A DNA stretch of 64,000 nt from Spirochaetia bacterium (GCA_965199955.1 CBDATQ010000001.1:320001-384000), one strand, 5' to 3'; shown: positions 47,748 through 57,960, counted from the stretch's first letter. The notes: a model not told the origin generated them from the letters alone. Numbers and translations: made by a program.

Positions 47748-48782
47748 ATGTCCGCGACCGTGCCGCCGGCGCCCCTGAAGCTCGCCGATGGCGCAGACCT
47801 CAGCGTCGAGTTCCTGCGCCGGCCGGTGGCGCCGGCCGACCAGATCCGCGTGACCGACCTGTTGGCAGCCGAGTGGGAGCGCAGCGATGTCGACTGGGTG
47901 CCGTCGCTGCGCGGGGCCTGCGCGGACACGCTCACGTCTGTAACCGCGATCGGCCGCTGCGGAGAGACCGATGTCGGGACCGCGACGGTGTCGTATCCGG
48001 TGGACGAGCCGGAAATCGCGGTGGTGGAGAACGTCACCACTCTCGCCGAGCACCGGCGGCGCGGGATCGCCGCGGAGCTCACCGAGGCGGTGGTTCGGCT
48101 GGCCTTCGACGCCGGCTGCCGCCTCTGTTTCCTTGGCAACGGCGGTCGCGTGGGGCAACGGGCGGTGTACGACCGGATCGGCTTCGAGCGGACCGGAGGC
48201 ATCATGCGCCGCGCTGCGGCGGGCTTCGAGGCGTACGAACGGACGCTGTACGCGGCGGGCCAACCAGTGTCGGTCCGGACGGCGTGCTGGGGCGACCTTC
48301 CCGGTGTGGCGGCGCTGGTCGCGCAGCCGCTGTCGACGCGGGTGCTGGACTATCAGCGCGGCATCGCCAGCGCCGCGTTCGTCCCGCCCGCGCGCTGCGT
48401 CTCGGCGTTCACGACCATCCACTACGACACGCAGAGCCGCGGCGGCGTGATGCGGGTGCTCGCCGGTGCCGGCGCCAGCCGCGTGCTGGGGTTCGGCACG
48501 GCGGCTCCGGGACCGGCGCCGCTGCGTGACGCGACCGCGGTGGTCGACCTGGTCGCCCACGACGCCTACGGCGACCATGCCGGCGAGTTGCTGGCCGCGC
48601 TCACCGAGGATGGGCGACACCTGAGCGCCGCTCGGGCCGTCGCCTTTGTCGCGGCGCCCGACACGTCCAAGCGGGAACGGTTCCTGGCCGCCGGTTATCG
48701 GCCGGCCGGCGCGCTGCCGCGTGACCTCACCCTGGGCGGCGAGCCTGCCGATGTCACACTATTGGAGCACTCCTATGGCTGA
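47748..48782 (+). CDS. Two-domain GNAT acetyltransferase
   Basis: V.T..EHRRRGIA, VY.RIGF. Confidence 0.75.
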   Translation: MSATVPPAPLKLADGADLSVEFLRRPVAPADQIRVTDLLAAEWERSDVDWVPSLRGACADTLTSVTAIGRCGETDVGTATVSYPVDEPEIAVVENVTTLAEHRRRGIAAELTEAVVRLAFDAGCRLCFLGNGGRVGQRAVYDRIGFERTGGIMRRAAAGFEAYERTLYAAGQPVSVRTACWGDLPGVAALVAQPLSTRVLDYQRGIASAAFVPPARCVSAFTTIHYDTQSRGGVMRVLAGAGASRVLGFGTAAPGPAPLRDATAVVDLVAHDAYGDHAGELLAALTEDGRHLSAARAVAFVAAPDTSKRERFLAAGYRPAGALPRDLTLGGEPADVTLLEHSYG

Positions 48783-50181
48783 ACCATTCCTTGGACCGGA
48801 CTTTCTGCTGCCGAACGAATCGGCGCGCCGCCTGTACCGCGATTACGCGGCCGACCAGCCGATCTTCGACTACCATTGCCACCTGCCGGTGCAGGAGATC
48901 GCCGACAACCGCGACTTTCCCACCATCACGGAGATCTGGCTGGGCGGCGACCACTACAAGTGGCGGGCGATGCGTGCCCTGGGGATCGACGAGCGGCGGA
49001 TCACCGGCGACGCCGGCGACTACGAGAAGTTCTCGGCGTGGGCGGAGGCGGTGCCCTACACGGTCCGCAACCCGCTGTACCACTGGACGCACATGGAGCT
49101 GCGCCGGCCGTTCGAGGTGGACGAGCTGCTGTCGCCCCGGACGGCCGAGGCGATCTACCACGCGTGCAACGAGCGGCTGCGGCAGCCGGAGCTGCGCACC
49201 CACGGACTGCTGCGCATGATGAACGTGCGCGTGGTCTGCACCACGGACGACCCGGCCGACAGCCTGGAGCACCACGAGCGTATCCGCACGGCGGGTGCTC
49301 CCTGCGCGGTGGTGCCGGGCTTTCGCGCCGACCATGCCTTGGCCGCCGACGACCCCGAGCGGTTGAACGGGTGGCTGGTCGGCCTTGGAGAGCGCGTGGG
49401 CAGGGAGATCACTGACTACGACGCGATGCTCGCCGCGCTCGCGGAGCGCCATGCGGATTTCCACGCCGCCGGCTGCCGGCTGTCCGACCACGGGCTGGAG
49501 GTGATGGACGCGGAGCCGTACACGGCGCGGGAGGTCGAAGGGACGTTCCGTGCCGCCGTGCAGGGCCGGGCGGCCGACCCGCACGCGGCCCGGAAGTACC
49601 GCTCGGCAGTCCTCTACGAGATGGCGTGCATGGACGCGGACGCCGGCTGGGTACAGCAGTTTCATCTGGGGGCGCTGCGCAACACCAACCGGCGCGGCTT
49701 CCAGGCGCTGGGCCGCGATTCCGGCTACGATTCGATCGGCGACCCGCCGTCGGCGCGATCGATGGCGCGGTTCTTCGACCGGCTGGAGCAGGCCGGAAAG
49801 CTGGCCAAGACGGTCCTTTACAACCTTGACCCGGCGCAGAACGACCTGTTCGCCGCCATGATCGGCAACTTCCAGGGTGGCGGCGTGCGCGGCCGCATGC
49901 AGTTCGGGACCGCGTGGTGGTTCAACGATCAGATCGACGGCATGACGAAGCAGATGGAAGCGCTGTCCAACAGCGGCCTGCTGAGTTGCTTCGTGGGCAT
50001 GGTGACCGATTCGCGGAGCTTTCTGTCCTACCCCCGTCACGACTACTTCCGGCGCCTGCTGTGCGGGATCCTGGGTGACGAGATGGAGCGCGGGCTGCTG
50101 CCGGCCGACTTCGAGCTGCTCGGCGGCATCGTCGCCGATGTCTGCTACGGCAACGCCGAGCGCTACTTCGGGATCGAGTGA
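48775..50181 (+). CDS. uxaC: Glucuronate isomerase
   Basis: DYHCHL, GDHYKWR.MR, NPLYHWTH.EL, TTDDP, WWFND, TDSRSFLSYPRH.YFRR. Confidence 0.96.
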   Translation: MAEPFLGPDFLLPNESARRLYRDYAADQPIFDYHCHLPVQEIADNRDFPTITEIWLGGDHYKWRAMRALGIDERRITGDAGDYEKFSAWAEAVPYTVRNPLYHWTHMELRRPFEVDELLSPRTAEAIYHACNERLRQPELRTHGLLRMMNVRVVCTTDDPADSLEHHERIRTAGAPCAVVPGFRADHALAADDPERLNGWLVGLGERVGREITDYDAMLAALAERHADFHAAGCRLSDHGLEVMDAEPYTAREVEGTFRAAVQGRAADPHAARKYRSAVLYEMACMDADAGWVQQFHLGALRNTNRRGFQALGRDSGYDSIGDPPSARSMARFFDRLEQAGKLAKTVLYNLDPAQNDLFAAMIGNFQGGGVRGRMQFGTAWWFNDQIDGMTKQMEALSNSGLLSCFVGMVTDSRSFLSYPRHDYFRRLLCGILGDEMERGLLPADFELLGGIVADVCYGNAERYFGIE

Positions 50182-50182
50182 G

Positions 50183-50845
50183 ATGGCCGTGAGCGATCGC
50201 CTGCGCTGCTACGCGGCCATCCACGACACCGGCCTGGTGCCGTTGTTCTACGATCCGGATCCCGAGGTGGCCGGCCGCCTCGCCGCCGCCTGCGTCGAGG
50301 GCGGCGCGCGGGTCGTGGAGCTGACCAACCGCGGTCCCGGCGCCCTGCAGGCGTTCGCGGCCGTCGTCGAGCGGCTGTCCGGCAGCGACGTGTGGGTTGG
50401 CGCCGGTTCGATCATGGATGCGCCAACGGCGGCCAACTACATCGGCATGGGCGCCCGGTTCATCGTAAGCCCGTCGCTGGACGAGGCCGCCGCCCGTCTC
50501 TGCAACCGGCGCAAGGTCCCCTATCTGCCCGGCTGCATGACACCCGGCGAGATCAGCCGTGCCGAGGAGCTGGGCGCGGAGATTGTCAAGGTGTTCCCCG
50601 GCTCGGTCGGCGGGCCGGAGTTCGTGAGCGCGATCCGCGGGCCGATGCCGTGGACGAGCATCATGCCGACCGGCGGCGTGGCGGTGTCGGCCGAGAGCAT
50701 CGGCGCCTGGCTCGGCGCCGGCGCCTGCGCGGTGGGCATCGGCAGCGCTCTCTTTCCCGACGAAGACCGCCGGCAGGCCAACTACGACCGGATCGCCGCC
50801 CGCGTCGCCGACGCCCTGTCCCTGATCCGCGCGGCGCGCGGGTAG
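50183..50845 (+). CDS. eda: KDPG/KHG aldolase
   Basis: E.T.R, GAGS, FIVSP, PG..TP.E, KVFP, MPTGGV. Confidence 0.9.
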   Translation: MAVSDRLRCYAAIHDTGLVPLFYDPDPEVAGRLAAACVEGGARVVELTNRGPGALQAFAAVVERLSGSDVWVGAGSIMDAPTAANYIGMGARFIVSPSLDEAAARLCNRRKVPYLPGCMTPGEISRAEELGAEIVKVFPGSVGGPEFVSAIRGPMPWTSIMPTGGVAVSAESIGAWLGAGACAVGIGSALFPDEDRRQANYDRIAARVADALSLIRAARG

Positions 50846-50880
50846 CGGGATCTGTTCGTAGTGAGCAAGCGGAAGAGCTG

Positions 50881-51030
50881 ATGGCCCCGGTTCAATATCA
50901 CGACGGACGGTTTCCGCCCGAGTCGCGGCTTGACTGGTCGCAGTTGATTCCACTGATTGGACCGGCGGCGGCTGCTGTCGCCCGCTACGATGGGATGCTC
51001 GGTGCCACACCCAATCCCGACGTGCAGAAG
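50881..51030 (+). pseudogene. N-terminal fragment of a Fic-family protein
   Basis: MAPVQYHDGRFPP...LDW..L.PL.G.A..A.ARYDG.L...PNP; homology then lost and no HPFxDGNGR motif. Confidence 0.7.
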
Positions 51031-51164
51031 GCCGCGATGTGTTTTGATGAGCATCTATTCGCGTCAAGGTTATTTGTCAATCACTTTAATGGTCAGTGTG
51101 ATCGACAAATCACTTTGATGTTAATCAAAGATCGACAAGCTGCCGCTGAGCGGCTCCTGCAAGG

Positions 51165-51614
51165 TCACGACTCGCCCGTCCAGTCGGGCGGCAAGGGCTG
51201 CCGGCCGGCGTAGCCTTCCTCGATGCGGTGGTAGAAGGCGAGCTCGGGCTCGTCGCTGCGCCAGCACAGGAACACCTGCTCGTCGTCGATGATCGCCGGA
51301 AAGTCGACCAGTCCCATCTCGAAGTTCCAGTCCTTGTAGAGGCAGCCCATCGACTCCAGCTCCGCCAGGTACTCCAGCAGGGCGGCGCGATGCTCCTGAA
51401 TGACCGGATCCTCCTCGAACAGCCGCTCGGCGGCGCGGCGCTGCTCGCCGCGCGTCGAGCCGGCCGCCACCGCTGCGCGGGCGCGCCGAGGCGCGGTGTC
51501 CTCCAGGTACTCCCGCAGGCTCCGGCCGGTGTCCAGGATGTCGGCGACGATCCGCTTGACCAGCGGCAGCGTCCGCACCGCGTCGGATCGAGAGAAGTAG
51601 CGTTGGAAGTCCAT
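51165..51614 (-). CDS. DUF2203 domain protein
   Basis: F....A...LP.V, G...KD....LVDFP, LCW...E......H....GY.GR.P. Confidence 0.88.
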   Translation of the reverse strand: MDFQRYFSRSDAVRTLPLVKRIVADILDTGRSLREYLEDTAPRRARAAVAAGSTRGEQRRAAERLFEEDPVIQEHRAALLEYLAELESMGCLYKDWNFEMGLVDFPAIIDDEQVFLCWRSDEPELAFYHRIEEGYAGRQPLPPDWTGES

Positions 51615-51696
51615 GCGGTGCTCCCGGGGGCGGCCCGACCGTACGGGAGCCGTCCGCGGGGGTCAACCGGCGCGTGCGCGGTAACCTTGGCCGCCT

Positions 51697-52152
51697 GTGG
51701 GCGAGGTCGAACCCGGACGCATGTTCGTGTTCGAAACAGGCGAGTTGATCCCGAGCTACATTGTCAACTTCCCTACCAAGCGCCATTGGCGCGGAAACAG
51801 CCGACTCGAGGACATCCAAGTGGGGCTCGAAGCGCTCGTCGTCGAGATCGAGCAGCGTAAAATCCGTTCTATCGCGCTGCCGCCGCTCGGATGCGGGCTC
51901 GGCGGGCTCGATTGGCGACAGGTGAAGCGGCTCATACACGACGCTTTCTCCGCGCTGCCCGACGTCGAGACAGCAGTGTTCGAGCCTGGCGGATATTCTC
52001 CGCCGGTTCTGGACCCGAAAGAAAAGCCTCCGGCCATGACACCGGGACGCGCAACGTATAGGTGGAGTCCTCGGAAGCGGCAGTTCGCGCGCAACCAGAT
52101 CGCCTCTGCGATTGGGATTCTGCGAGACGGTGATTGGCCGCAGGGGATCTGA
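51697..52152 (+). pseudogene. darG: Deleted DarG-type macrodomain antitoxin
   Basis: IVNFPTKRHWR, SIALPPLGCGLGGLDW; N-terminal NxxGxMGxG segment missing; MTPGRA fused directly to terminal WS.RK..F...QI. Confidence 0.75.
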
Positions 52153-52180
52153 CGCTCGGAGGCGTGCTACGTTGATCGTG

Positions 52181-53500
52181 ATGGCGGAGTTACGGGCGTT
52201 GGTCTACGCCGATGCGAACGATCGGCGCAGGATTGAGGCGCTCCTGGAGCGGCTCGCCGGGGCAGTGGGAGGCGACCGGGAGTTGAGCGATGCGGTTGCC
52301 GGGTTCATCGCCGACGTGCGCGGCGAGGGAGACGCGGCCCTGGTCGCGCACATGCGCGCGTTCAGCAATCCGGAGTTCGACGACTCGATGCTGCGCGTGC
52401 CGCCTCGCGCACTGCGGGCCGCGGCGGATCGCATCGCGCCGGAGTTGCGCGCCGCCGTGGAGCGGGCGATCGAGCACGTGCGGCGCTACCAGGAGCACAT
52501 CGCGCCCGCCCCGCCGCCGCCGGTCGAGATCGACGGGGCCCGGCTGGGCCTGCGCGTGGAGCCGGTCGGCTCGGCGGGCCTGCTGGTGCCGGGCGGGCGG
52601 GCCGCCTATCCGTCGACGCTGATCATGCTGGCGGTGCCGGCTCAGGTGGCCGGCGTCGAGCGCATCTGCCTGGCCACGCCGCCTCCCGACTCCGACCGCG
52701 GCACGGCGAAGCGCGCCATCGACGACAGCGTGCTGGCCGCCGCGCACCTGCTGGGCATCGGCGAGGTGTACTGCATCGGGGGGAGCCATGCCGTGGCCGC
52801 CCTGGCCTGCGGGACGCCGACCGTTCCCGCTGTGGACTTCATCGCCGGACCCGGCAGCGTCTACGTTCAGGAAGCCAAGCGGCAGCTCTTCGGCACCGTC
52901 GGCGTGGACGGCCTCTACGGGCCGAGCGAGATCGCCATCCTGGCGGACCAGTCGGCGGACCCGGCCTGGGTCGCCGCGGACGTGCTGGCTCAGCTCGAGC
53001 ACGATCCCGGCGCGGCGTTCGTCGTGTCGGTCCATGCCGAGGTTCTCGACCGCGTCCGCTCCGCGCTGGAGCGCCAGATCCGCGAGCGCGGCCGGCAGGA
53101 GGCCATCGAGCGCGGGCTCCGCGAGTTCACCGCCTTCGTGCTGGCCGCCGACGTCAAGGAGGCGTGCGCGATCATGAATCGCATCGCCCCGGAGCACGCC
53201 GTGCTGGCGGTGGCCGATCCGCACGCCGTGCTGGACCGCGTGCACAACGCCGGGGCCTACTTCCTCGGCGCCGCTCCGGTGGCGAGCGGCGACTACTACG
53301 CCGGGCCGAGCCACTGCCTGCCGACCGGCTCCACGGCGCGGTTTTCCTCAGGCTGCAGCGTCTATACGTTCCTGCGCCGAGCCAGCCTGGAGGAATACCC
53401 GAAGGGCATGACCCGCCGGACGATCGACGACATCGCCGTGCTGGCCGAGGCGGAGGGCCTGGACGCGCACGCCGCCAGCGTGCGCATGCGCGGCGACTGA
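52181..53500 (+). CDS. hisD: Histidinol dehydrogenase
   Basis: VPGG.A.YPST, GPG..YV.EAK, GPSE, AQ.EHD, APEH, GDY..GP.H.LPT. Confidence 0.93.
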   Translation: MAELRALVYADANDRRRIEALLERLAGAVGGDRELSDAVAGFIADVRGEGDAALVAHMRAFSNPEFDDSMLRVPPRALRAAADRIAPELRAAVERAIEHVRRYQEHIAPAPPPPVEIDGARLGLRVEPVGSAGLLVPGGRAAYPSTLIMLAVPAQVAGVERICLATPPPDSDRGTAKRAIDDSVLAAAHLLGIGEVYCIGGSHAVAALACGTPTVPAVDFIAGPGSVYVQEAKRQLFGTVGVDGLYGPSEIAILADQSADPAWVAADVLAQLEHDPGAAFVVSVHAEVLDRVRSALERQIRERGRQEAIERGLREFTAFVLAADVKEACAIMNRIAPEHAVLAVADPHAVLDRVHNAGAYFLGAAPVASGDYYAGPSHCLPTGSTARFSSGCSVYTFLRRASLEEYPKGMTRRTIDDIAVLAEAEGLDAHAASVRMRGD

Positions 53501-53519
53501 ACCCGACGGCGCGCGGGGG

Positions 53520-54215
53520 TCAGGCCGGCTGGCGGGCCAGGGGTCCGGAGTCGAGCGGCCGCGCCAGGACCTTGGATGCGGCCTGCGTGCCGATGGTCAC
53601 GGTGCCGTGGTCGGTGCGGAGCGTAACCGCGTCGGCGGCCTGATCGATCGACTCGACCCTGACGCGGCTGCCGGGTTGCAGGCTGCTGCGGTGCACGAAC
53701 TGCAGAAATTCCGGATCCTGGTCGGTCACGCGCTCGACGCGCAGCTCGGCTTCCTCCGGCTGTTCCATGAGGCTGCTGAAGACGGTCTGGTCTATCTGGC
53801 CGCGCCGGGTGGGAATCGGGTCGCCGTGCGGGTCGACGGTGGGGTGGTCGAGCAACGCGTCGATGCGGGTAAGGACAACGTCGGATATGGCGTGCTCCAG
53901 GTTGTCGGCCTCGCGGTGGACCTCCGACCAGTCCAGTCCCAGCACCTCCACCAGGAACAGCTCCACCAGCCGGTGACGCCGCAGGACGTCGAGGGCCAGC
54001 GACTCGCCCGTCCCGGTCAGACGGCTGCCGTTGCGCGGTGAGTACTCGATCAGCCCCAGGCCTGCCAGGGTCTTCATCATGGAGGTGGCGGTTCCCGGCG
54101 AAACGTCCATCGCCTCGGCGATCCGGCCCATCGGCAGGTATCCCCCGGGGCGCTCGCGATGGCGCAGGTAGATCGCCTTGACATAGTTTTCGACGGTGCT
54201 CGAATAGGCGCTCAC
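53520..54215 (-). CDS. DtxR/MntR family metal-dependent regulator
   Basis: ENYVKAIY, RRHRL.E.FL, EA..LEH, DPHGDPIP, C-terminal FeoA domain. Confidence 0.92.
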   Translation of the reverse strand: MSAYSSTVENYVKAIYLRHRERPGGYLPMGRIAEAMDVSPGTATSMMKTLAGLGLIEYSPRNGSRLTGTGESLALDVLRRHRLVELFLVEVLGLDWSEVHREADNLEHAISDVVLTRIDALLDHPTVDPHGDPIPTRRGQIDQTVFSSLMEQPEEAELRVERVTDQDPEFLQFVHRSSLQPGSRVRVESIDQAADAVTLRTDHGTVTIGTQAASKVLARPLDSGPLARQPA

Positions 54216-55006
54216 GGCTTCGGGTTGGCGGCTCGGGCGGCGCCGGTGGTCATGCCGCCGTCGACCAGCAGGATCTGGCCGGTGACATACTCGGATGCCT
54301 CCGAGGCAAGGAAGACCACGGCGCCGTCCAGATCGGTTGGGGTGCCCAGCCGCTTCAGCGGGATGCGATCGACAATGTAATCCCGCCACTCGGCGTCCTG
54401 GAACAGCACCTCCGTCTGCGCGGTGTGGAACCAGCCGGGGGCAAGGCAGTTCACGGTGATGCCGTGCGGGCCGAGCGCGTCGGCGAGCGCCCGCGACATC
54501 TGCAGCACGCCGCCTCGGCTGGCGACATAGGGGACGACGGCGCCGAAGCCGAACACGCTGGTGACCGAGCCGATGTTGATCACGCGGCCGTAGCCGCGCT
54601 CGATCATCCCCGGCGCAAACGCCTGGGTGACGAAGAAGCCGCTACGCAGGTTGGTCTCCAGGACGGTGTCCCAGTCGTCCCAGGTGGTGTCCAGGAACGG
54701 CTTGCGGACGTTGCAGCCGGCGTTGTTGACCACGATGTCCACGGCGCCGAGGTCTTCGGCGACCGCCTCTCCGAAGGCTCGCACGCTGGACTCGGAACGG
54801 ACATCCAGGGAGTAGGCGCGCGCCGTGCCGCCCAGATCGTGAATTTCTCCGATCGTGTCGGCGCAGTCGCGCGCGTCGCGCGCCGAGATCACCAGCGACG
54901 CCCCGGCGCGGGCCAGCGCCTTGCTCATGTAGCGGCCCAGCCCGCGGCTGGCGCCGGTCACGACCGCGGTGCGGCCGCTGAGATCGAACCGGTCCGCTCC
55001 GCTCAT
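54212..55006 (-). CDS. SDR oxidoreductase (gluconate 5-dehydrogenase-like)
   Basis: TGASRGLG, NNAG, YVASR, PG.F.T, DGG. Confidence 0.9.
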   Translation of the reverse strand: MSGADRFDLSGRTAVVTGASRGLGRYMSKALARAGASLVISARDARDCADTIGEIHDLGGTARAYSLDVRSESSVRAFGEAVAEDLGAVDIVVNNAGCNVRKPFLDTTWDDWDTVLETNLRSGFFVTQAFAPGMIERGYGRVINIGSVTSVFGFGAVVPYVASRGGVLQMSRALADALGPHGITVNCLAPGWFHTAQTEVLFQDAEWRDYIVDRIPLKRLGTPTDLDGAVVFLASEASEYVTGQILLVDGGMTTGAARAANPKP

Positions 55007-55470
55007 TCGCCGCCCCCGGCGGCCATTTCCAGGGCCGCCAGCGCCGCCTCCCGACCGCGGTTCACGAAGCCGCCGGCGCGGGCCAGGGCCTGCTCCTGAT
55101 CGTTGGCGCTTACCACGCCGAGCAAGACCGGCACGCCGGTGTCGAGCGCGACCTGCGTGATCCCGCCAGCGACCGCGTGGGCCACCAGTTCGTCATGGTT
55201 GGTTTCCCCCTTGATAATGCAGCCCACGCAGATGACGGCGCTCACGTCCCCGGACTGCGCCAGCCGCTGCGCCGCGAGCGGCAGCTCGAACGAGCCGGGC
55301 ACCCACGCCACCTGCACGTCCCGGTCGGCGACGCCGTGTTCGGTGAGTGCCTCGGTGGCACCGTCCACCAGCCGCCCGGTGACCTCGTGGTTGTAGCGGC
55401 TGGCGGCGATGGCGAAGCGGCGTCCGGTGCCGTCCAGCACCGCCGGCGGAGCGGGCGCGGCGGCCTTCAT
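55003..55470 (-). CDS. ribH: 6,7-dimethyl-8-ribityllumazine synthase
   Basis: VPGSFELP, G..IKGET.H, N.G.EAA..A.EM. Confidence 0.93.
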   Translation of the reverse strand: MKAAAPAPPAVLDGTGRRFAIAASRYNHEVTGRLVDGATEALTEHGVADRDVQVAWVPGSFELPLAAQRLAQSGDVSAVICVGCIIKGETNHDELVAHAVAGGITQVALDTGVPVLLGVVSANDQEQALARAGGFVNRGREAALAALEMAAGGGE

Positions 55471-56705
55471 GAGGCGAGTTGGGCGACATGCAGCATCGGC
55501 ACCTTCAGGCGGCGTGCAAGCCTCGACAATCCGGCCCGGCGTGCCATGCCGCCGTCGTCGTCAAGCACCGGGCAGATGGCAGCGGCCGCGGGCAGGCCGG
55601 CGCGCGCGGCCAGCTCCACCGCCGCCTCGGTGTGGCCGGCGCGTACGGCCACACCGCCCGGATCGGCGACCAGCGGAAAGAGGTGGCCCGGCCGGGCGAA
55701 GTCGGCGGGGGACGCCTGGGGGTCGGCGACCGCCCGCAGCGTGGCGGCGCGGTCGTGGGCGGACTCGCCCGTGGTGGTGCCGCGCACGGCGTCGATCGAG
55801 ACGGTGAAGCGCGTGCCGTGCAGCGCGGTGTTCACCTGCGCCATCGGCGGAAGATCGAGTTGCTCGGCCCGCTCGGCGGTGATCGCCGCGCACAGCAGGC
55901 CGCTGGCCTGGCGCAGCATGCAGGTGGCGATCCGCGGGGTGACCAGGGACGCGGCCGCCACCAGGTCGCCTTCGTTCTCGCGGTCGACGTCGTCGATCAT
56001 CAGCACCATCTCGCCGCGGGCGATCGCCTCCGCGGCCTTGTCCACGCTGGCCATGGGTACCGGCTCGTCGGCGTCGGCGGCGGGATTCGCCGTCTTGCCG
56101 GCGGCGCCGCCGACGTGTGGGCCTGCAAGCCGCTCCACGTACTTGGCGATCATGTCGACCTCGACATTGACCGGATCGCCCACGCGCCGGTCGGTCAGGG
56201 TGGTCGCGCACGCGGTGTGGGGGATGATCGAGAAGCCGGCGCGGTCGTCCTCGAGCCCGGCGACCGTGAGGCTGACCCCGTCGATGGCGATCGAGCCTTC
56301 CAGCACGACATACGGCAGCAGCGGCCTCGGCAGCCGTACCTCCAGCCAGCGTGCCGCGCCGAGCTTCTCCCACCGGGTGACGGTACCGGTGTCGTTGACG
56401 TGGCCCTGCACCAGGTGGCCGTCGACCCGGTTGCCGAATGCCAGCGGACGCTCCAGGTTGACGCGCCGCCCTGCCGCGAAGGACCCCAGCGTGGTCTTGC
56501 GCAGGGTAGCGCCGACGCTGTCGATGGTCAGCGTGCGGCCGTCAATGGCGACCACCGTCTGGCAGACGCCGTCCACGGCGATCGACGCGCCCACCTGGGT
56601 GCCGCCCAGCACGGTGCGGCCACCGATGGTCATGCGCGCCGCGTCCGCGGCGGGCCGGGTGAGGGCGGTGACGACGCCCACTTCCTCTACGATACCGCTG
56701 AACAT
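55467..56705 (-). CDS. ribE/ribB: Riboflavin synthase fused to DHBP synthase (RibE-RibB)
   Basis: MFSGIVEE, VNLER, GHLVQGH, VNVEVD, then DRENEGD, FTVSID, RPGH.FPL, GHTEA in one ORF. Confidence 0.9.
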   Translation of the reverse strand: MFSGIVEEVGVVTALTRPAADAARMTIGGRTVLGGTQVGASIAVDGVCQTVVAIDGRTLTIDSVGATLRKTTLGSFAAGRRVNLERPLAFGNRVDGHLVQGHVNDTGTVTRWEKLGAARWLEVRLPRPLLPYVVLEGSIAIDGVSLTVAGLEDDRAGFSIIPHTACATTLTDRRVGDPVNVEVDMIAKYVERLAGPHVGGAAGKTANPAADADEPVPMASVDKAAEAIARGEMVLMIDDVDRENEGDLVAAASLVTPRIATCMLRQASGLLCAAITAERAEQLDLPPMAQVNTALHGTRFTVSIDAVRGTTTGESAHDRAATLRAVADPQASPADFARPGHLFPLVADPGGVAVRAGHTEAAVELAARAGLPAAAAICPVLDDDGGMARRAGLSRLARRLKVPMLHVAQLAS

Positions 56706-57871
56706 CCCGCCTCCTGCGACTCCGTCCGGGGGAGTGGTCCGCTGCCGGCGTGGCCGAGCGTCGCGGCCAGCGACCGGTAGCCGGTGACGATCACCTGGTC
56801 GTTGACCTGCCGGTGGCTGACGCGCTCCAGGCGAAGGGCGTCGACCAGGCGAGCGTTTCCCAGGTCGCCCACCGCTTCGATTCCCGAGCCGATGACGATC
56901 GGCGCCACTACCACGACCAGCTTGTCGAACAGTCCCTGCCGGATCAGCTCGGTGTGGAGCACCGCCCCGCCCTCGACCAGCACCGAGGTGACGCCCGCGC
57001 CGGCCAGGGCCGCGAGCGCCCGGTCCAGCGCCACCCGGCCGTCCGCGGTGCTTCCCACCACCGCCACGTGCGCGCCGGCGCGTTCCAGGGCGGCGCGCGC
57101 GCGCCGGTCATGCCGGTCGGTGGTGAGCACCAGCGGCTCGCGCTCGCCGGCCATCATGCGGGCCGCGGGCGGCAGGCGCAGGGTCGAGTCGACGACCACC
57201 GGCAATGGCTGGCGGTCGCGCAGCAGCGGACTGAGCCGCACGGTGAGCTCCGGGTCATCGGCTACCGCGGTGCCGGCACCCACCATGATCGCGTCGTGAC
57301 CGGAGCGCAGCTCGTGCGTCATCACCCGAGCGTCGCGGTCGGAGATCCAGCGCGAGTCCCCGCCGGCGGTGGCGATGCGGCCGTCGATCGACTGCGCGAC
57401 CTTGAGCGTCACGAACGGCATGCCGGTACGGTGGAACTTGAAGTGCACGGCGTTGAACCGCGCGGCTTCGTCCTCCAACACCCGCTCGATCACCTCGATC
57501 CCGGCCTCGCGCAACATGCGCACGCCTGCGCCGTCGACCTTCGGGTGCGGATCGGCGGTGGCGATCACCACGCGGCGCACCCCCTCGCGGATGATCCGCT
57601 GTGCGCACGGCGGCGTGTGCTTGCCGACTCCCGTCCAGCAGCAGGGCTCCAGGTTGGTGTAGAGGGTGGTCCCGGCCGCGCCCCCGGCGGCCGCGGCGCG
57701 GTCCAGCGCGACTGCCTCGGCATGGTCGCCGCGTTCGTTGAGATGGCCTTCGCCGATGATCCGGCCGTCGCGGACGACCAGCGCGCCGGTCAGGGGATTG
57801 GGCGAGCTCCGCCACTGTCCGTGGCGGGCCAGTTCCAGCACCCGACGCATCAGCCCCTCGTGGTCATCCAT
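56687..57871 (-). CDS. ribD: Bifunctional deaminase/reductase RibD
   Basis: PNP, HAE, LEPC..TPPC, K.A.S.DG, DDP.L, VEGG. Confidence 0.93.
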   Translation of the reverse strand: MDDHEGLMRRVLELARHGQWRSSPNPLTGALVVRDGRIIGEGHLNERGDHAEAVALDRAAAAGGAAGTTLYTNLEPCCWTGVGKHTPPCAQRIIREGVRRVVIATADPHPKVDGAGVRMLREAGIEVIERVLEDEAARFNAVHFKFHRTGMPFVTLKVAQSIDGRIATAGGDSRWISDRDARVMTHELRSGHDAIMVGAGTAVADDPELTVRLSPLLRDRQPLPVVVDSTLRLPPAARMMAGEREPLVLTTDRHDRRARAALERAGAHVAVVGSTADGRVALDRALAALAGAGVTSVLVEGGAVLHTELIRQGLFDKLVVVVAPIVIGSGIEAVGDLGNARLVDALRLERVSHRQVNDQVIVTGYRSLAATLGHAGSGPLPRTESQEAGCSAVS

Positions 57872-57960
57872 CGCCTGTCTCGTTCGGGGGGCATGCGTTG
57901 CCGCAGAAGCGCCACCCGGACACGGCTTGCGTGCAGGACGCACGCGGGCCTCTGCCCGGT

